Shown here: positions 49,049-58,891 of the stretch, piece after piece
How positions within the stretch are numbered: position 1 is the stretch's first letter
Layout: each line of letters opens with the position of its first letter
From: Planctomycetota bacterium
GTDB lineage: Bacteria; Planctomycetota; JAJSAM01; JAJVHW01
Assembly: GCA_965248445.1 (NCBI GenBank)
Contig: CBDFJG010000001.1
Coordinates: 544,001 to 608,000, forward strand
Direction: 5' to 3'
DNA: 64,000 nt
Notes under the pieces: model-generated
Databases searched by the model: none
Told to the model about the DNA's origin: nothing
The model's input: only the letters and a program-made list of their open reading frames with translations
Translations under genes and position numbers: made by a program

Positions 49049-51136
49049 TTAGCCGGGCAAATCCCTGCGGTCAACTTCTCCGGTTGTCCCCGGATCGGGC
49101 TCTTGAGGCGCACGCGCGAGACCGAACAGGACGGCGACCCCGGCCACGACGATCAGCAGCGAGACGCCGACCGCGACGCCGTTGTCGCCGCCAGCATGAT
49201 CGTGTGCGCTGGCGAGCATCGAGTCCTCGCCCAGCTTCGCGGTCAGCACCAAGGACGCGTTGTTGAGCGCGTGCGCGGCGATCGCCGGCCAGATCGAGCG
49301 GCCGGCGACGGCGAGCAGGCCGAGCAGGAGCCCGACGAGGAAGGTGCCGAGCCACTTCTCTGGGTAGATGTGAAAGACCGCGAAGAGCGCGGCGGTGGCG
49401 ACCACAGCGGTGACGCCCGGGCGGCCGCGTCGCTTCTTCGTCGCCGAGAGTCCCGACATGACGAAGCCCCGGTAGAAGAGCTCCTCGCAGACGGCCGGAA
49501 GCACCCCGATCAGGAGCACCAGCACGACGGCGGGCGTCGACTGCACCAGCGCCTCGAACGCCTCCGCGAGCTTGTGGAACGGCCCCTCCGGCGCGATCTC
49601 GCCGATCACGTGGTGCTGGATGAAGCCGTTGACCACCGGCGCAGCGAGGCCGAGCGGCACCGCGAGGAGCATCGCGAGCGCCTGAGGACGGCGCAACCGG
49701 AACGTGTCGCGGAACGACACGTGGAACCACCACGCGAACAGTGCACAGGGCGCGGCGATCACCAGCGCCTGCGTCGCAAACACGTTCTCGAGCAGGTTCT
49801 CGGTCGGGAGAACGGGCTGCAGGTACCAGATCAGCGCGAGCGAGATGGTGCAGAGCGTCAGCGCCGTCGCGGGCGTCGGGAAGCGTCGGGACTTGGGCCG
49901 CTGGAGCAGCGGCGCGCTGCCCTCCGGGCCGCGGAACAGCGTCTCCTCCCGCAAGAAGAGCTGCACCGTGCCGTAGAGCGCGAGTCCGGCGGTCGCGACG
50001 GTCGAGAGAAGCGTGATCGCGGCAATCGTCCCGTCGAACTTGCCGACCATCAGGTCGCGGAAGAAGAGCACTACGTTCGTGATCGGGAGCGCCGCAAGCG
50101 TCGGCGTCAATTCGATGCCCGGGATCACGACCACCATCGCGAGCGGCATGACCAGCAGGAACATCGGCGTCAGGTAATGCTGCGCCTCCTTGACGCTGCG
50201 CGCCATCGTCGAGAGCGCGATCGAGAGCGCGCTGAACAGTGCGGCGAGCGGGACGAGCAGCGCGAGGATCCCCAACACCGACAACGGCCCGAGCGACAGC
50301 CCTTCCATGCCCTCGACGCCCATCGAACTGACCAGCGGGCCGAGCGTCAGCCACATCGACAGCAGATTGAGCAGGGCCGCGACGAGCGTGACGGCGCCCA
50401 CCGCGAGGTACTTCCCGAGAACGAGCTCCTGGCGGCTGCACGGCGCCACCAGCAGCGTCTCCATCGTGCCGCGTTCCTTCTCGCCGGCGACGACATCGAC
50501 CGCGGGGTAGAAGCTGCTCGTCAGCGTCATCAGCAGGAGAATGAGTGCGAGCATCTTTCCGAGCACGTAACCCGACCGCGCCTCGGACGACGCGATGTCG
50601 AGCGATTCGCGGACCTCGATCGGTTTCAGCCACGATGCCGGCAGCTCGTGGTCGCCCAAGCGTTCGAGGAGGATGCGATCGGCCGCGAGTTGCGCGCGGC
50701 TCTGCCACTTGCGGCGGGCGGCACGGCTCTCGTCGTCGCTGCTGTCGTGGTGCACGACGACACCAGCCGAACGGTCTCCGGCGAGCGCCGCGGCGGCGCC
50801 GTCCGTGGCCTCGACCCACAGTGCGATCTCTCCGCGCGCAAGCGAAGCGGCCGGATCATCGACCGGGACGACCTGAAGGTCCGGATCTTCTCCCTCTTCC
50901 CAGCGGAACACGGCGTCCGCGATCACCGCGGCGTCCTGACCGGTGACGGCGACGGTCTGCGCGCGCGCGGCGATACGCTGGCGCTGTTTCCCGATCAGCG
51001 GCCCGACGGCCAGCATCATCATCGGGTAGAGCAGCACCGGCACGACGAGCGCGACGAACAGCGTGCGGCGATCGCGGGCTGCTTCGAGCAGTTCCTTCTG
51101 CGCGACGAGCAGCACCGTGCGAAGGCTGAGCTTCAT
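49049..51136 (-). CDS. NatB-like ABC permease fused to CPBP (Abi) intramembrane protease
   Basis: KELLEAARDRRT, GEKERGTMETLL, EELFYRG, FAVFH, HALNN. Confidence 0.9.
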   Translation of the reverse strand: MKLSLRTVLLVAQKELLEAARDRRTLFVALVVPVLLYPMMMLAVGPLIGKQRQRIAARAQTVAVTGQDAAVIADAVFRWEEGEDPDLQVVPVDDPAASLARGEIALWVEATDGAAAALAGDRSAGVVVHHDSSDDESRAARRKWQSRAQLAADRILLERLGDHELPASWLKPIEVRESLDIASSEARSGYVLGKMLALILLLMTLTSSFYPAVDVVAGEKERGTMETLLVAPCSRQELVLGKYLAVGAVTLVAALLNLLSMWLTLGPLVSSMGVEGMEGLSLGPLSVLGILALLVPLAALFSALSIALSTMARSVKEAQHYLTPMFLLVMPLAMVVVIPGIELTPTLAALPITNVVLFFRDLMVGKFDGTIAAITLLSTVATAGLALYGTVQLFLREETLFRGPEGSAPLLQRPKSRRFPTPATALTLCTISLALIWYLQPVLPTENLLENVFATQALVIAAPCALFAWWFHVSFRDTFRLRRPQALAMLLAVPLGLAAPVVNGFIQHHVIGEIAPEGPFHKLAEAFEALVQSTPAVVLVLLIGVLPAVCEELFYRGFVMSGLSATKKRRGRPGVTAVVATAALFAVFHIYPEKWLGTFLVGLLLGLLAVAGRSIWPAIAAHALNNASLVLTAKLGEDSMLASAHDHAGGDNGVAVGVSLLIVVAGVAVLFGLARAPQEPDPGTTGEVDRRDLPG

Positions 51137-51888
51137 CCCCGCACCAACCGGAAGAACGCGTCTTCGAGGTTCGACTCACCGGTGCGTGCTTGCAGCTCCG
51201 CGAGCGTGCCCTTGGCGAGCACCTTGCCCTCGTGGACGATCACGATTCGATCGCACAGCCGCTCCGCCTCGCTGAAGAGGTGCGTCGAGAGGAGGATCGC
51301 CCGGCCCTGCGTGCGCGCGGACTCCACGAACTCCACGACGTTGCGCGCCACGATCACGTCGAGGTTGGCGGTCGGCTCGTCGAGCACGAGGACCGGCGGG
51401 TCGTGGATGATCGCCCGCGCCAGCGAGACCTTCTGGCGTTGTCCAGCGGAGAGCCGTCCACAGACCCGGTCGCAGAAGTCGTTCATCTCGAGCAGGTCGA
51501 GGACCTCGCTCACGCGGGCCGTGAGGGCGGTCTCGTCCATGCCGTGGAGACGGGCGTAGTACACGAGCGTCTCGCGGCCGGTCAGGCGTTCGTACACGCC
51601 CGTCGAGGACGACACGAACCCGAGTCGCCGGCGCACGCCGTCCGGGTCCTCCTGAACGTCGCGGCCGCCGACGCGCGCGCTGCCCGAAGTCGGCTGCAGG
51701 ATCGTGGCGAGGATACGCAGCGCCGTCGTCTTGCCGGCGCCGTTCGGTCCGAGCAGCCCGACGATCTCGCCGCTCGCACACGTGAACGACACGCCGTCCA
51801 CGGCGCGCACCTCGCCCCCGCCCGGAGCGCGGAAGATCTTGTAGAGGTCACGGACCTCGACGGCGGGGCCGGAGGTGAGTTCGCTCAA
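51133..51888 (-). CDS. NatA-like ABC ATP-binding protein
   Basis: GPNGAGKTT, LSAGQ, LDEPT, STH. Confidence 0.92.
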   Translation of the reverse strand: MSELTSGPAVEVRDLYKIFRAPGGGEVRAVDGVSFTCASGEIVGLLGPNGAGKTTALRILATILQPTSGSARVGGRDVQEDPDGVRRRLGFVSSSTGVYERLTGRETLVYYARLHGMDETALTARVSEVLDLLEMNDFCDRVCGRLSAGQRQKVSLARAIIHDPPVLVLDEPTANLDVIVARNVVEFVESARTQGRAILLSTHLFSEAERLCDRIVIVHEGKVLAKGTLAELQARTGESNLEDAFFRLVRG

Positions 51889-52658
51889 TCGGGGATGTAG
51901 ATGTTGGAGTCGTCGTCGTCGTCCGAGTCGAGGCGCGCGATGAGGACGGTGATGTTGTCTTTGCCGCCGCGTTCGTTCGCGAGGTCGATCAGCGCCTGCG
52001 TGCTCCGCTGAAGATCCAGGTCGCTCATCTGCATCGTGGCGAGGATCTCCTGGCCGTTGGCGAGGTCCGACAGGCCGTCGCTGCAGAGCAGGTACAGATC
52101 CCCGGGCTCGGCGGGGAACACGTTCACGTCGGCCTTGCACTTGACGCCGGTCCCGATGGCCCGCGTGATGATGTTGCGGTAGGGACTGCGCTCGGCCTCC
52201 TCCGCGGAGATCAGCCCGGCGCGCAGCTGCGCGTTCACGAACGAGTGGTCCTCGGTGATCTGCTCGATGCCGCCGTCACGAATGCGATAGACGCGGCTGT
52301 CACCGACGTGCGCCACGACGACGAAGTCCTCCTGGTGGTAGACCAGCGCGACGGTCGTGCCCATCTCCTGATAGCGGTCGTCGATCGCACCGAAGCCATG
52401 TACGGCCTTGTTGACGTCACGCAGCCACGTGTCGAGCGTCTGCTTGAACGCATTCGCGACGACCGGCTCGGAGATGGCGCTCCGGCCACGCAGCGTCTCG
52501 GGGAAGTACTTCTTGAAGGTCTTGTTCAGCGTCGAGACGCAGAGCGAGGACGCCACCTCGCCGAAGTCCCGCCCGCCCATGCCGTCCGCGACCACGCAGA
52601 ACCCGTCCTTCTCGGACCAGTACAGCGTGTCCTCGTTCAGTTCGCGGCGGAGGCCCAC
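51885..52658 (-). CDS. PP2C-family Ser/Thr phosphatase (start uncertain; conserved frame extends to about 52690)
   Basis: NED, VADGMGG, HVGDSR, LCSDGL, GGKDNIT. Confidence 0.92.
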   Translation of the reverse strand: MGLRRELNEDTLYWSEKDGFCVVADGMGGRDFGEVASSLCVSTLNKTFKKYFPETLRGRSAISEPVVANAFKQTLDTWLRDVNKAVHGFGAIDDRYQEMGTTVALVYHQEDFVVVAHVGDSRVYRIRDGGIEQITEDHSFVNAQLRAGLISAEEAERSPYRNIITRAIGTGVKCKADVNVFPAEPGDLYLLCSDGLSDLANGQEILATMQMSDLDLQRSTQALIDLANERGGKDNITVLIARLDSDDDDDSNIYIPD

Positions 52659-52803
52659 GTCGGTCTTGCCGAAACACGTGATGCGGATGGCTGGTCCCCA
52701 ACTGCCCGAAGTGGATCAGGTCGGATGCTGCTGCGAGTGACGGGCTACCCCTTCTTCGACGGCATCGCTCGCGAGCCGCAATATAGGGCCCCGTGATCAG
52801 GAG

Positions 52804-53256
52804 ATGAGGATGCTCGACCGTCTGCTCGGCCTGACGCCAGCTCTTGGGATACTTCTCGGCCCGGTTCTCGCCCTCGGGGGCTGCGCCCTGTTCGGCGCCG
52901 GCCACACCGTCCACGCCACCCTGGCGCAGCAGGGCCGGGTGATGCGGCTGTCACCCGGCGACGACCTCGCGGTCACGCTCCCGAACGTCAGCGGTCCGTC
53001 TGCCAGTGCCTCAAGGGGCTTCGACTGGGCCCCCGCCGCCTACGACGAGGACGTCCTCTCTTACGACGACGATCCCGAGCACATCCGCTCCCTCAGGAAC
53101 GGCAAGCCCGACCCCTGGGCGCCGGCCTTCGAGCGCCACACGTTCCGGGCCCGCGGCACAGGCAAGGGCGAGATCCTGATGGGTGCGCCGGGTGCCGAGC
53201 CACTGGAGGGCGGCCTCTCCGGTCGCGCGTTCCGCCTCGGCGTGATCGTCAGGTAG
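52804..53256 (+). CDS. Lipoprotein, possibly chagasin/I42-like
   Basis: Lipobox LGGC; GDDLAVTLP...GFDW...TFRARGTG. Confidence 0.5.
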   Translation: MRMLDRLLGLTPALGILLGPVLALGGCALFGAGHTVHATLAQQGRVMRLSPGDDLAVTLPNVSGPSASASRGFDWAPAAYDEDVLSYDDDPEHIRSLRNGKPDPWAPAFERHTFRARGTGKGEILMGAPGAEPLEGGLSGRAFRLGVIVR

Positions 53257-53415
53257 GCCGCTCCGAGCCTGGAGTCCCGCGCTCGGTGTGCGGATTTCCT
53301 TCCCCGCGCGTGCGCGAGGCCGCACTACTCTCCGGGGCTCTTTGCCGACTCCGGGCCTCCGCTGGGATGTACCGGGCGGCTCGGCGCAGCTCGGCAGAGC
53401 CACGAAAGGACGGTC

Positions 53416-54657
53416 ATGACGACGGCAGGCGACTCCGGCGACCCTCTGATGGTCGCGTTCTCGGGCGGACTCGACACCACTTGGCTGGTGGCGCGATCAC
53501 GTGAGATCGAGGAGCGACGTCCGGTCATCACCGTGACGGTGGACACCGGGGGGTTCTCGCCCGAGGAGCTTCGTCAGATCGAGGACCGCTCCCGCCAGGC
53601 CGGAGCGGCCCGGCACGTCCTGATCGACGGGCGGCAGTCGGTGTTCGACCGGTTCGTGCGGTTCCTGATCGCCGGAAACTGCCTGCGCGGCGGGTCCTAC
53701 CCGCTGTGCGTGGCCGCCGAGCGGATCGTGCAGGCCGAGGAACTGGCGTGCGCCGCGCGGACCTCCCGCGTGCGCACCGTCGTCCACGGCAGCACCGGGG
53801 CCGGCAACGACCAGATCCGGTTCGACGTCGCGCTGGCGGTGCTGCTGCCGGAGGCCGAGGTCCGCGCCCCCGTGCGGGAACTCAGTCCCTCGCGCGAAGA
53901 GGAGTACGCGTTCCTCGAGGAGCGCGGACTGCCCGTGGACCGCGCCGCCAGGACGTACTCCGTCAACCGCGGGCTCTGGGGCACGACGATCGGCGGCGGC
54001 GACCTGCACCACCCGGAGAAGCCGATCCCGGCGGACTGCTGGGCCGACACGGCGGATCCGGATGCGTGCGACGCCGTGGGCGAGACCGTGGCGGTGACGT
54101 TCCGGCAGGGCGTGCCCGTCGCGCTCGACGACGCCGAGATGTCCGGGCCGGACCTCGTCGCGGCGCTGAACGAACGCGCGGCGGCACAAGGCGTCGGCCG
54201 CGGCATTCACACCGGCGACACCATCCTCGGTATCAAGGGACGCCTCGCGTTCGAGGCTCCTGCGGCGGCTGTGCTGGTCTTCGCGCACCGCGAACTCGAG
54301 AAGCTGGTGCTCACCAAGCGCCAGATGGAGTGGAAGGACCGCCTCGGCGCGTACTACGCCGCGCTGGTCCACGAGGCGCTCTACTTCGACCCGGTGGCGC
54401 GGGACATCGAGGCGTTTCTCGCGTCATCACAGACCACGGTCACGGGCACCGTGCGCGTGCGCTGCGTGCGCGGCCGCACCGAGGTCGCCGGGATCGAGAC
54501 CGACGCGTCGCTCATGGGGCGGCTCGGTTCGGTGTACGGCGAGGGTGCCGGCGCGTGGTCCGGCGACGAGGCGCGCGCGTTCGCGAAGCTGTACGGCTTG
54601 CCGTCGGTGCTCGCGGCGCGGCGGGACGCGGACCTGGCCGACGGCGGTGCGTCATGA
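53416..54657 (+). CDS. argG: Argininosuccinate synthase
   Basis: AFSGGLDT, HGSTGAGNDQIRF, YSVNRGLWG, GIKGR. Confidence 0.95.
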   Translation: MTTAGDSGDPLMVAFSGGLDTTWLVARSREIEERRPVITVTVDTGGFSPEELRQIEDRSRQAGAARHVLIDGRQSVFDRFVRFLIAGNCLRGGSYPLCVAAERIVQAEELACAARTSRVRTVVHGSTGAGNDQIRFDVALAVLLPEAEVRAPVRELSPSREEEYAFLEERGLPVDRAARTYSVNRGLWGTTIGGGDLHHPEKPIPADCWADTADPDACDAVGETVAVTFRQGVPVALDDAEMSGPDLVAALNERAAAQGVGRGIHTGDTILGIKGRLAFEAPAAAVLVFAHRELEKLVLTKRQMEWKDRLGAYYAALVHEALYFDPVARDIEAFLASSQTTVTGTVRVRCVRGRTEVAGIETDASLMGRLGSVYGEGAGAWSGDEARAFAKLYGLPSVLAARRDADLADGGAS

Positions 54658-55667
54658 AGACGCACCTCGACAAGATCGCTTCCTGCACCATCAACGCGAA
54701 GCTCGACCGCGAGGTCGAGGTCAGCGACCAGCTCGCGCCGGAACTCGGGCGGGTGGTCGTCGTGCGCGCATTGCGCGAGAAGACCGTCTACGACAAGGTC
54801 GAGCTGGTCAGCGGCCGCATGGCGAAGATCAGCAAGGACGACGTGATCGCGGGTGTGCTCGGCCGGCGTCGCGCGTTGCGCGGCTTCGTCGGTGACATCC
54901 CGGACGAGATCCGCGTCGGCGACCGGGTGCACATCCTGAACATCGGCGGCGTCGTCGGCGTCGTCGTATCGGGCAACCTCGACCTCGGACAGCCGCTGCT
55001 CTGCGAGGTCGTGGGCGCGGTCATGCACAACGGCGAACCGGCCAGCATCTCGAAGGGCATCCCGCCTCCGCCGGACACGCTCGGTGACGTGCCACTGATC
55101 CTCGTCGAAGGCACGTGCATGAACTCGGGCAAGACTTACGCGGCTGCAACGCTCATCCAGAAGCTGACGCAGCGGGGCTACCGGCTGAACGGCGCGAAGT
55201 TGACGGGCGTCGCGTGCATGCGCGACCAGCTCAACATGGAGGACCACGGAGCCGTGCGCACGAAGAGCTTCCTCGACGTGGGGCTGCCCTCGACCGTCGG
55301 CGTCGACGACGTCGCGGGCGTGGCGCGAACCCTCCTCGCGGACCTCGCGAGCGACAAGCCCGACGCGATCATCGCCGAACTCGGCGACGGCATCATCGGC
55401 TACTACGGCTGCGACAAGATCCTGGCCGACCCGGAGATCCGCAGGGCGACCAAGGCGCACGTCATGTGCGCCAACGACCTCGTCGGCGCGTGGGGCGCGG
55501 TCGAGGTCATGCGCAAGTGGGGTCTCGAGATCGACGTGCTGACCGGACCGGCGACGGACAACGACGTGGGCGAGGGCTACGCGAAGCAGGAACTGCGGCT
55601 GCCGGCAGCGAACGCACGGCTCAACCCGCACAAGCTCGCCGACCTGGTCGAAGGCCTGGTGTTCTGA
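54654..55667 (+). CDS. DUF1611/DgcN-like P-loop protein; candidate N-acylglutamate synthase
   Basis: ATGA overlap with argG and TGATG with argC; GTCMNSGKT, KLTG, ELGDG. Confidence 0.7.
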   Translation: MKTHLDKIASCTINAKLDREVEVSDQLAPELGRVVVVRALREKTVYDKVELVSGRMAKISKDDVIAGVLGRRRALRGFVGDIPDEIRVGDRVHILNIGGVVGVVVSGNLDLGQPLLCEVVGAVMHNGEPASISKGIPPPPDTLGDVPLILVEGTCMNSGKTYAAATLIQKLTQRGYRLNGAKLTGVACMRDQLNMEDHGAVRTKSFLDVGLPSTVGVDDVAGVARTLLADLASDKPDAIIAELGDGIIGYYGCDKILADPEIRRATKAHVMCANDLVGAWGAVEVMRKWGLEIDVLTGPATDNDVGEGYAKQELRLPAANARLNPHKLADLVEGLVF

Positions 55668-56734
55668 TGATCGCGACGGCCGGACCGTCGACGCGATTCA
55701 AGATCGCCATCGCCGGTGCCAGCGGCTACGGCGGCGCGGAGATGCTCCGCTGGATCGCGGTGCACCCCAATCTCGAGGCGTGCGCGGTGACGTCGCGCCG
55801 CAACCAGGGGCGCGCCGTGCCGGAGGTGCACCCGAATCTGGCCGGCTTCCACGACGACCTGAACTTCGTCGGTAACGTCGACGACATGCTCGCGACGGAG
55901 CCGCAGGCAGTCGTGCTCGCCGTGCCGCACAAGACCGCTGCCGACATGGCGCTGAAGGTGCAGACGGCACTCCCGGACGTCCCGATCGTGGATCTGTCCG
56001 GCGACCATCGCCTGGACGACCCGGACTCGTATCGCGCGCACTACGGCGTGACGCACCCCCACCCCGGCGCACTGACGTCCGGCGAGTGGGTGTACGGGTT
56101 GAGCGAGGCAAACCGCGATCGCATCTGCAACGCGCGTCTCATCGCCAACCCCGGCTGCTACGCGACCGGCGCGGCACTCGCCGCGCTGCCGCTCTCGGAA
56201 GAAGGGCTGATCGCCGGACCGGTGCGGCACGTGGCGATCACCGGCTCGTCCGGCGGGGGCGTCGAAGCAAGACGCGGAACTCACCATCCCGAACGGGTCG
56301 AGAACGTGCGCGCATACAAGGTGCTGGCGCATCAGCACGTGCCCGAAATCGTGCGGTGCCTGCGCGAACACGGGATGGGCGACCACGCGTGGCACATGGT
56401 CCCGCAGTCCGGTCCGTTCGCCCGCGGCATCCTGACGACGCTGTTCGTCGAGCTCACGCGAGAGATGACGGGCGACGAGTTGCGCGGCATCTACGACGGC
56501 GCGTTCGAGAACGAGCCTTTCGTGCGCATGCGCGACGGCTCGCCGCAGATCGCCCACGTGCACGGCACGAACTTCTGCGACATCGCCGTGCACGTGGATG
56601 GCAAACAGGCAGTCGTGCTGTCGGCGATCGACAACCTCGGCAAGGGCATGGCCGGACAGGCCGTGCAGAACCTGAATCTCCTCCTCGGCCTGAACGAGGC
56701 CGCTGGCATCGCGGTGCCCGGGAGCCGGCCGTGA
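55667..56734 (+). CDS. argC: N-acylglutamyl-phosphate reductase
   Basis: GASGYGG, DLSGDHRL, ANPGCY, DNLGKGMAGQAVQN. Confidence 0.95.
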   Translation: MIATAGPSTRFKIAIAGASGYGGAEMLRWIAVHPNLEACAVTSRRNQGRAVPEVHPNLAGFHDDLNFVGNVDDMLATEPQAVVLAVPHKTAADMALKVQTALPDVPIVDLSGDHRLDDPDSYRAHYGVTHPHPGALTSGEWVYGLSEANRDRICNARLIANPGCYATGAALAALPLSEEGLIAGPVRHVAITGSSGGGVEARRGTHHPERVENVRAYKVLAHQHVPEIVRCLREHGMGDHAWHMVPQSGPFARGILTTLFVELTREMTGDELRGIYDGAFENEPFVRMRDGSPQIAHVHGTNFCDIAVHVDGKQAVVLSAIDNLGKGMAGQAVQNLNLLLGLNEAAGIAVPGSRP

Positions 56735-57897
56735 CCGAGGATATCCGCGACGCCGAGGCGCGGTACGGCATCCCGACGTACTCGCAGCTCCCGCTCACAC
56801 TGGTGCGCGGCGAGGGCTGCTACGTCTGGGACAGCGACGGCAACCGACACCTCGATCTCTACGGCGGGCACGCGGTTGCGCTGACCGGGCATTGCCACCC
56901 GCGCGTCGTGGCGGCGATCCGAGAGCAGGCAGGCAAGCTGCTCTTCTACAGCAACGCCGTGTCGAGCGACGTGCGTGCACGCGCACTCGAAGACCTGGCA
57001 GCGACGGCGCCCGAAGACGGCTTCCGCGTGTTCCTCTGTAACTCGGGGACAGAGGCGAACGAAGCCGCCATCAAGCTGGCGCGAAAGACGACCGGACGCC
57101 GTGAGGTCCTCTCGATGGAGGGCGGTTTCCACGGCCGCACGATGGGATCGCTGTCGGCGACACACCTCGGCCACTACCTCGCGGACTACGCCCCCGGAGT
57201 GCCGGGACACCGGTTCATCCCGTTCGGCGACCTCGACGCCGCAAGCGCCGCGATCAGCAGCGAGACCGCTTCGGTCATGCTCGAGCCGATCCAGAGCATG
57301 GCGGGGATGCAGACCGCCACGGACGAGTACCTGCGCGCGCTCCGCGCGCGGTGCGACGAACACGGTGCGCTGCTGCACTTCGACGAGGTGCAGACGGGGC
57401 CGGCGCGGACCGGAACCTGGTGGTACGGCGATCACGGCGGGGTCGTGCCGGATCTCATCAGCACGGCCAAGGGCCTGGCGAGCGGCGTACCCGCGGGTGC
57501 GGTGCTCGCGCGGGCGAACGTCGCCGAGGCGGTTCGGCACGGCGACCAGGGCACGACGTTCGGCGGCGGGATGCTCGCGTGCGCGGCGATCTCGGCAACG
57601 CTCGCCGTCGTGCGCGACGAGGGCCTGCTCGAGAACGCGACCCGGCGCGGCGCCGAGATCACAGAAGGCGTCTCGGCGCTCGCGGGCGTCACGGACGTGC
57701 GCGGACGCGGCATGCTGTTAGGGATCGCGCTCGATCGGCCGGCCAAGCCCGTCGTCGCGGCGCTACGCGATCGAAGGATCCTGACCGGCACGACGGTCGG
57801 CGATGCGCACGTCCTGCGCATCCTGTCCCCCATCACACTCGGCGACGCTCAGGTGGCGACGTTCATCACACAGCTGGGCGAGGTGCTCGATGCGTAA
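56731..57897 (+). CDS. argD: N-acylornithine aminotransferase
   Basis: NSGTEANE, FHGRT, DEVQTG, AKGL. Confidence 0.92.
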   Translation: MTEDIRDAEARYGIPTYSQLPLTLVRGEGCYVWDSDGNRHLDLYGGHAVALTGHCHPRVVAAIREQAGKLLFYSNAVSSDVRARALEDLAATAPEDGFRVFLCNSGTEANEAAIKLARKTTGRREVLSMEGGFHGRTMGSLSATHLGHYLADYAPGVPGHRFIPFGDLDAASAAISSETASVMLEPIQSMAGMQTATDEYLRALRARCDEHGALLHFDEVQTGPARTGTWWYGDHGGVVPDLISTAKGLASGVPAGAVLARANVAEAVRHGDQGTTFGGGMLACAAISATLAVVRDEGLLENATRRGAEITEGVSALAGVTDVRGRGMLLGIALDRPAKPVVAALRDRRILTGTTVGDAHVLRILSPITLGDAQVATFITQLGEVLDA

Positions 57898-58891
57898 CCT
57901 GCTCTCGCTGGCGGACCTGCCGGGCAGGGAACTGGAAACCCTCCTCGCAGAGGCCGCGCGCATCGCGCGTGACGGCCCGGATCCCACGGCCCTGCGCGGC
58001 AAGCGCGTCGCTCTGCTCTTCCTCAACCCATCGCTGCGCACGCGCACGTCGATGGAACTCGCCGCCAAGACGCAGGGGGCGCACTCCGTCACGCTCGTGC
58101 CCGGCGCCGACGCTTGGAAGGTGGAGCTCGAACGCGGCGCGGTCATGAATGGAGAGGCTGCGGAGCACATGGTGGACGCGATCCGCGTGCTCTCGCGCAT
58201 GTGCGACGGGATCGGCGTCCGCACGTTCGCTGGATTGCGCGACGCCGACGAGGACCGGCAGGAGCGCGTGCTCTCTCTCATCGCGGAGGAGAGCACCGTT
58301 CCCGTCGTGAACATGGAGTCGGCTTTGGATCACCCGCTCCAGGCGCTGGCCGACCTGCAGACGCTGCAGGAGGAACTGGGTGATCTGCGCGGTGCGCCGG
58401 TCGCGCTGACGTGGGCGCCTCATCCGAAGGCGCTGCCGATGGCGGCGGCCGCCGCTTTCCTGCGCGGTGCCGCGCGCGTGGGCGCGGACGTCCGCGTCGC
58501 CGCCCCCGAGGGGTTCGCGCTGCCGGACGAACTCGTGGAGGAGGCGCGCACGCTGCTTCCCGGCACCGGCAGCGTCTCCACCACGAACGACCAGCGAGCG
58601 GCCGTGCAAGGCGTGCGCGCCGTGTACGCCAAGGCCTGGGCGGCTCCGGCTCTCTACGCGGATGCGGCCGCCGGAAGCGCTGGACGCGATCGAAACGCCG
58701 CCTGGACCGTCACGGAGGGTCTGATGGCGGAGGGCGCCGACGCGGTGTTCCTCCACTGCCTCCCCGTGCGCCGCAACGTGGTCGTCACGGACGAGGTGCT
58801 GGACGGGCCGCGCAGCCGCGTGTACCGCGAAGCGGAGCACCGGTATCACACGGCTTGCGCCGTGCTGAGCCGCGTGCTGGGAGGCGCGTGA
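57890..58891 (+). CDS. argF': N-acylornithine carbamoyltransferase (ArgF' type)
   Basis: FLNPSLRTR, TWAPHPKALP proline-rich loop, HCLPVRRN. Confidence 0.9.
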   Translation: MRNLLSLADLPGRELETLLAEAARIARDGPDPTALRGKRVALLFLNPSLRTRTSMELAAKTQGAHSVTLVPGADAWKVELERGAVMNGEAAEHMVDAIRVLSRMCDGIGVRTFAGLRDADEDRQERVLSLIAEESTVPVVNMESALDHPLQALADLQTLQEELGDLRGAPVALTWAPHPKALPMAAAAAFLRGAARVGADVRVAAPEGFALPDELVEEARTLLPGTGSVSTTNDQRAAVQGVRAVYAKAWAAPALYADAAAGSAGRDRNAAWTVTEGLMAEGADAVFLHCLPVRRNVVVTDEVLDGPRSRVYREAEHRYHTACAVLSRVLGGA

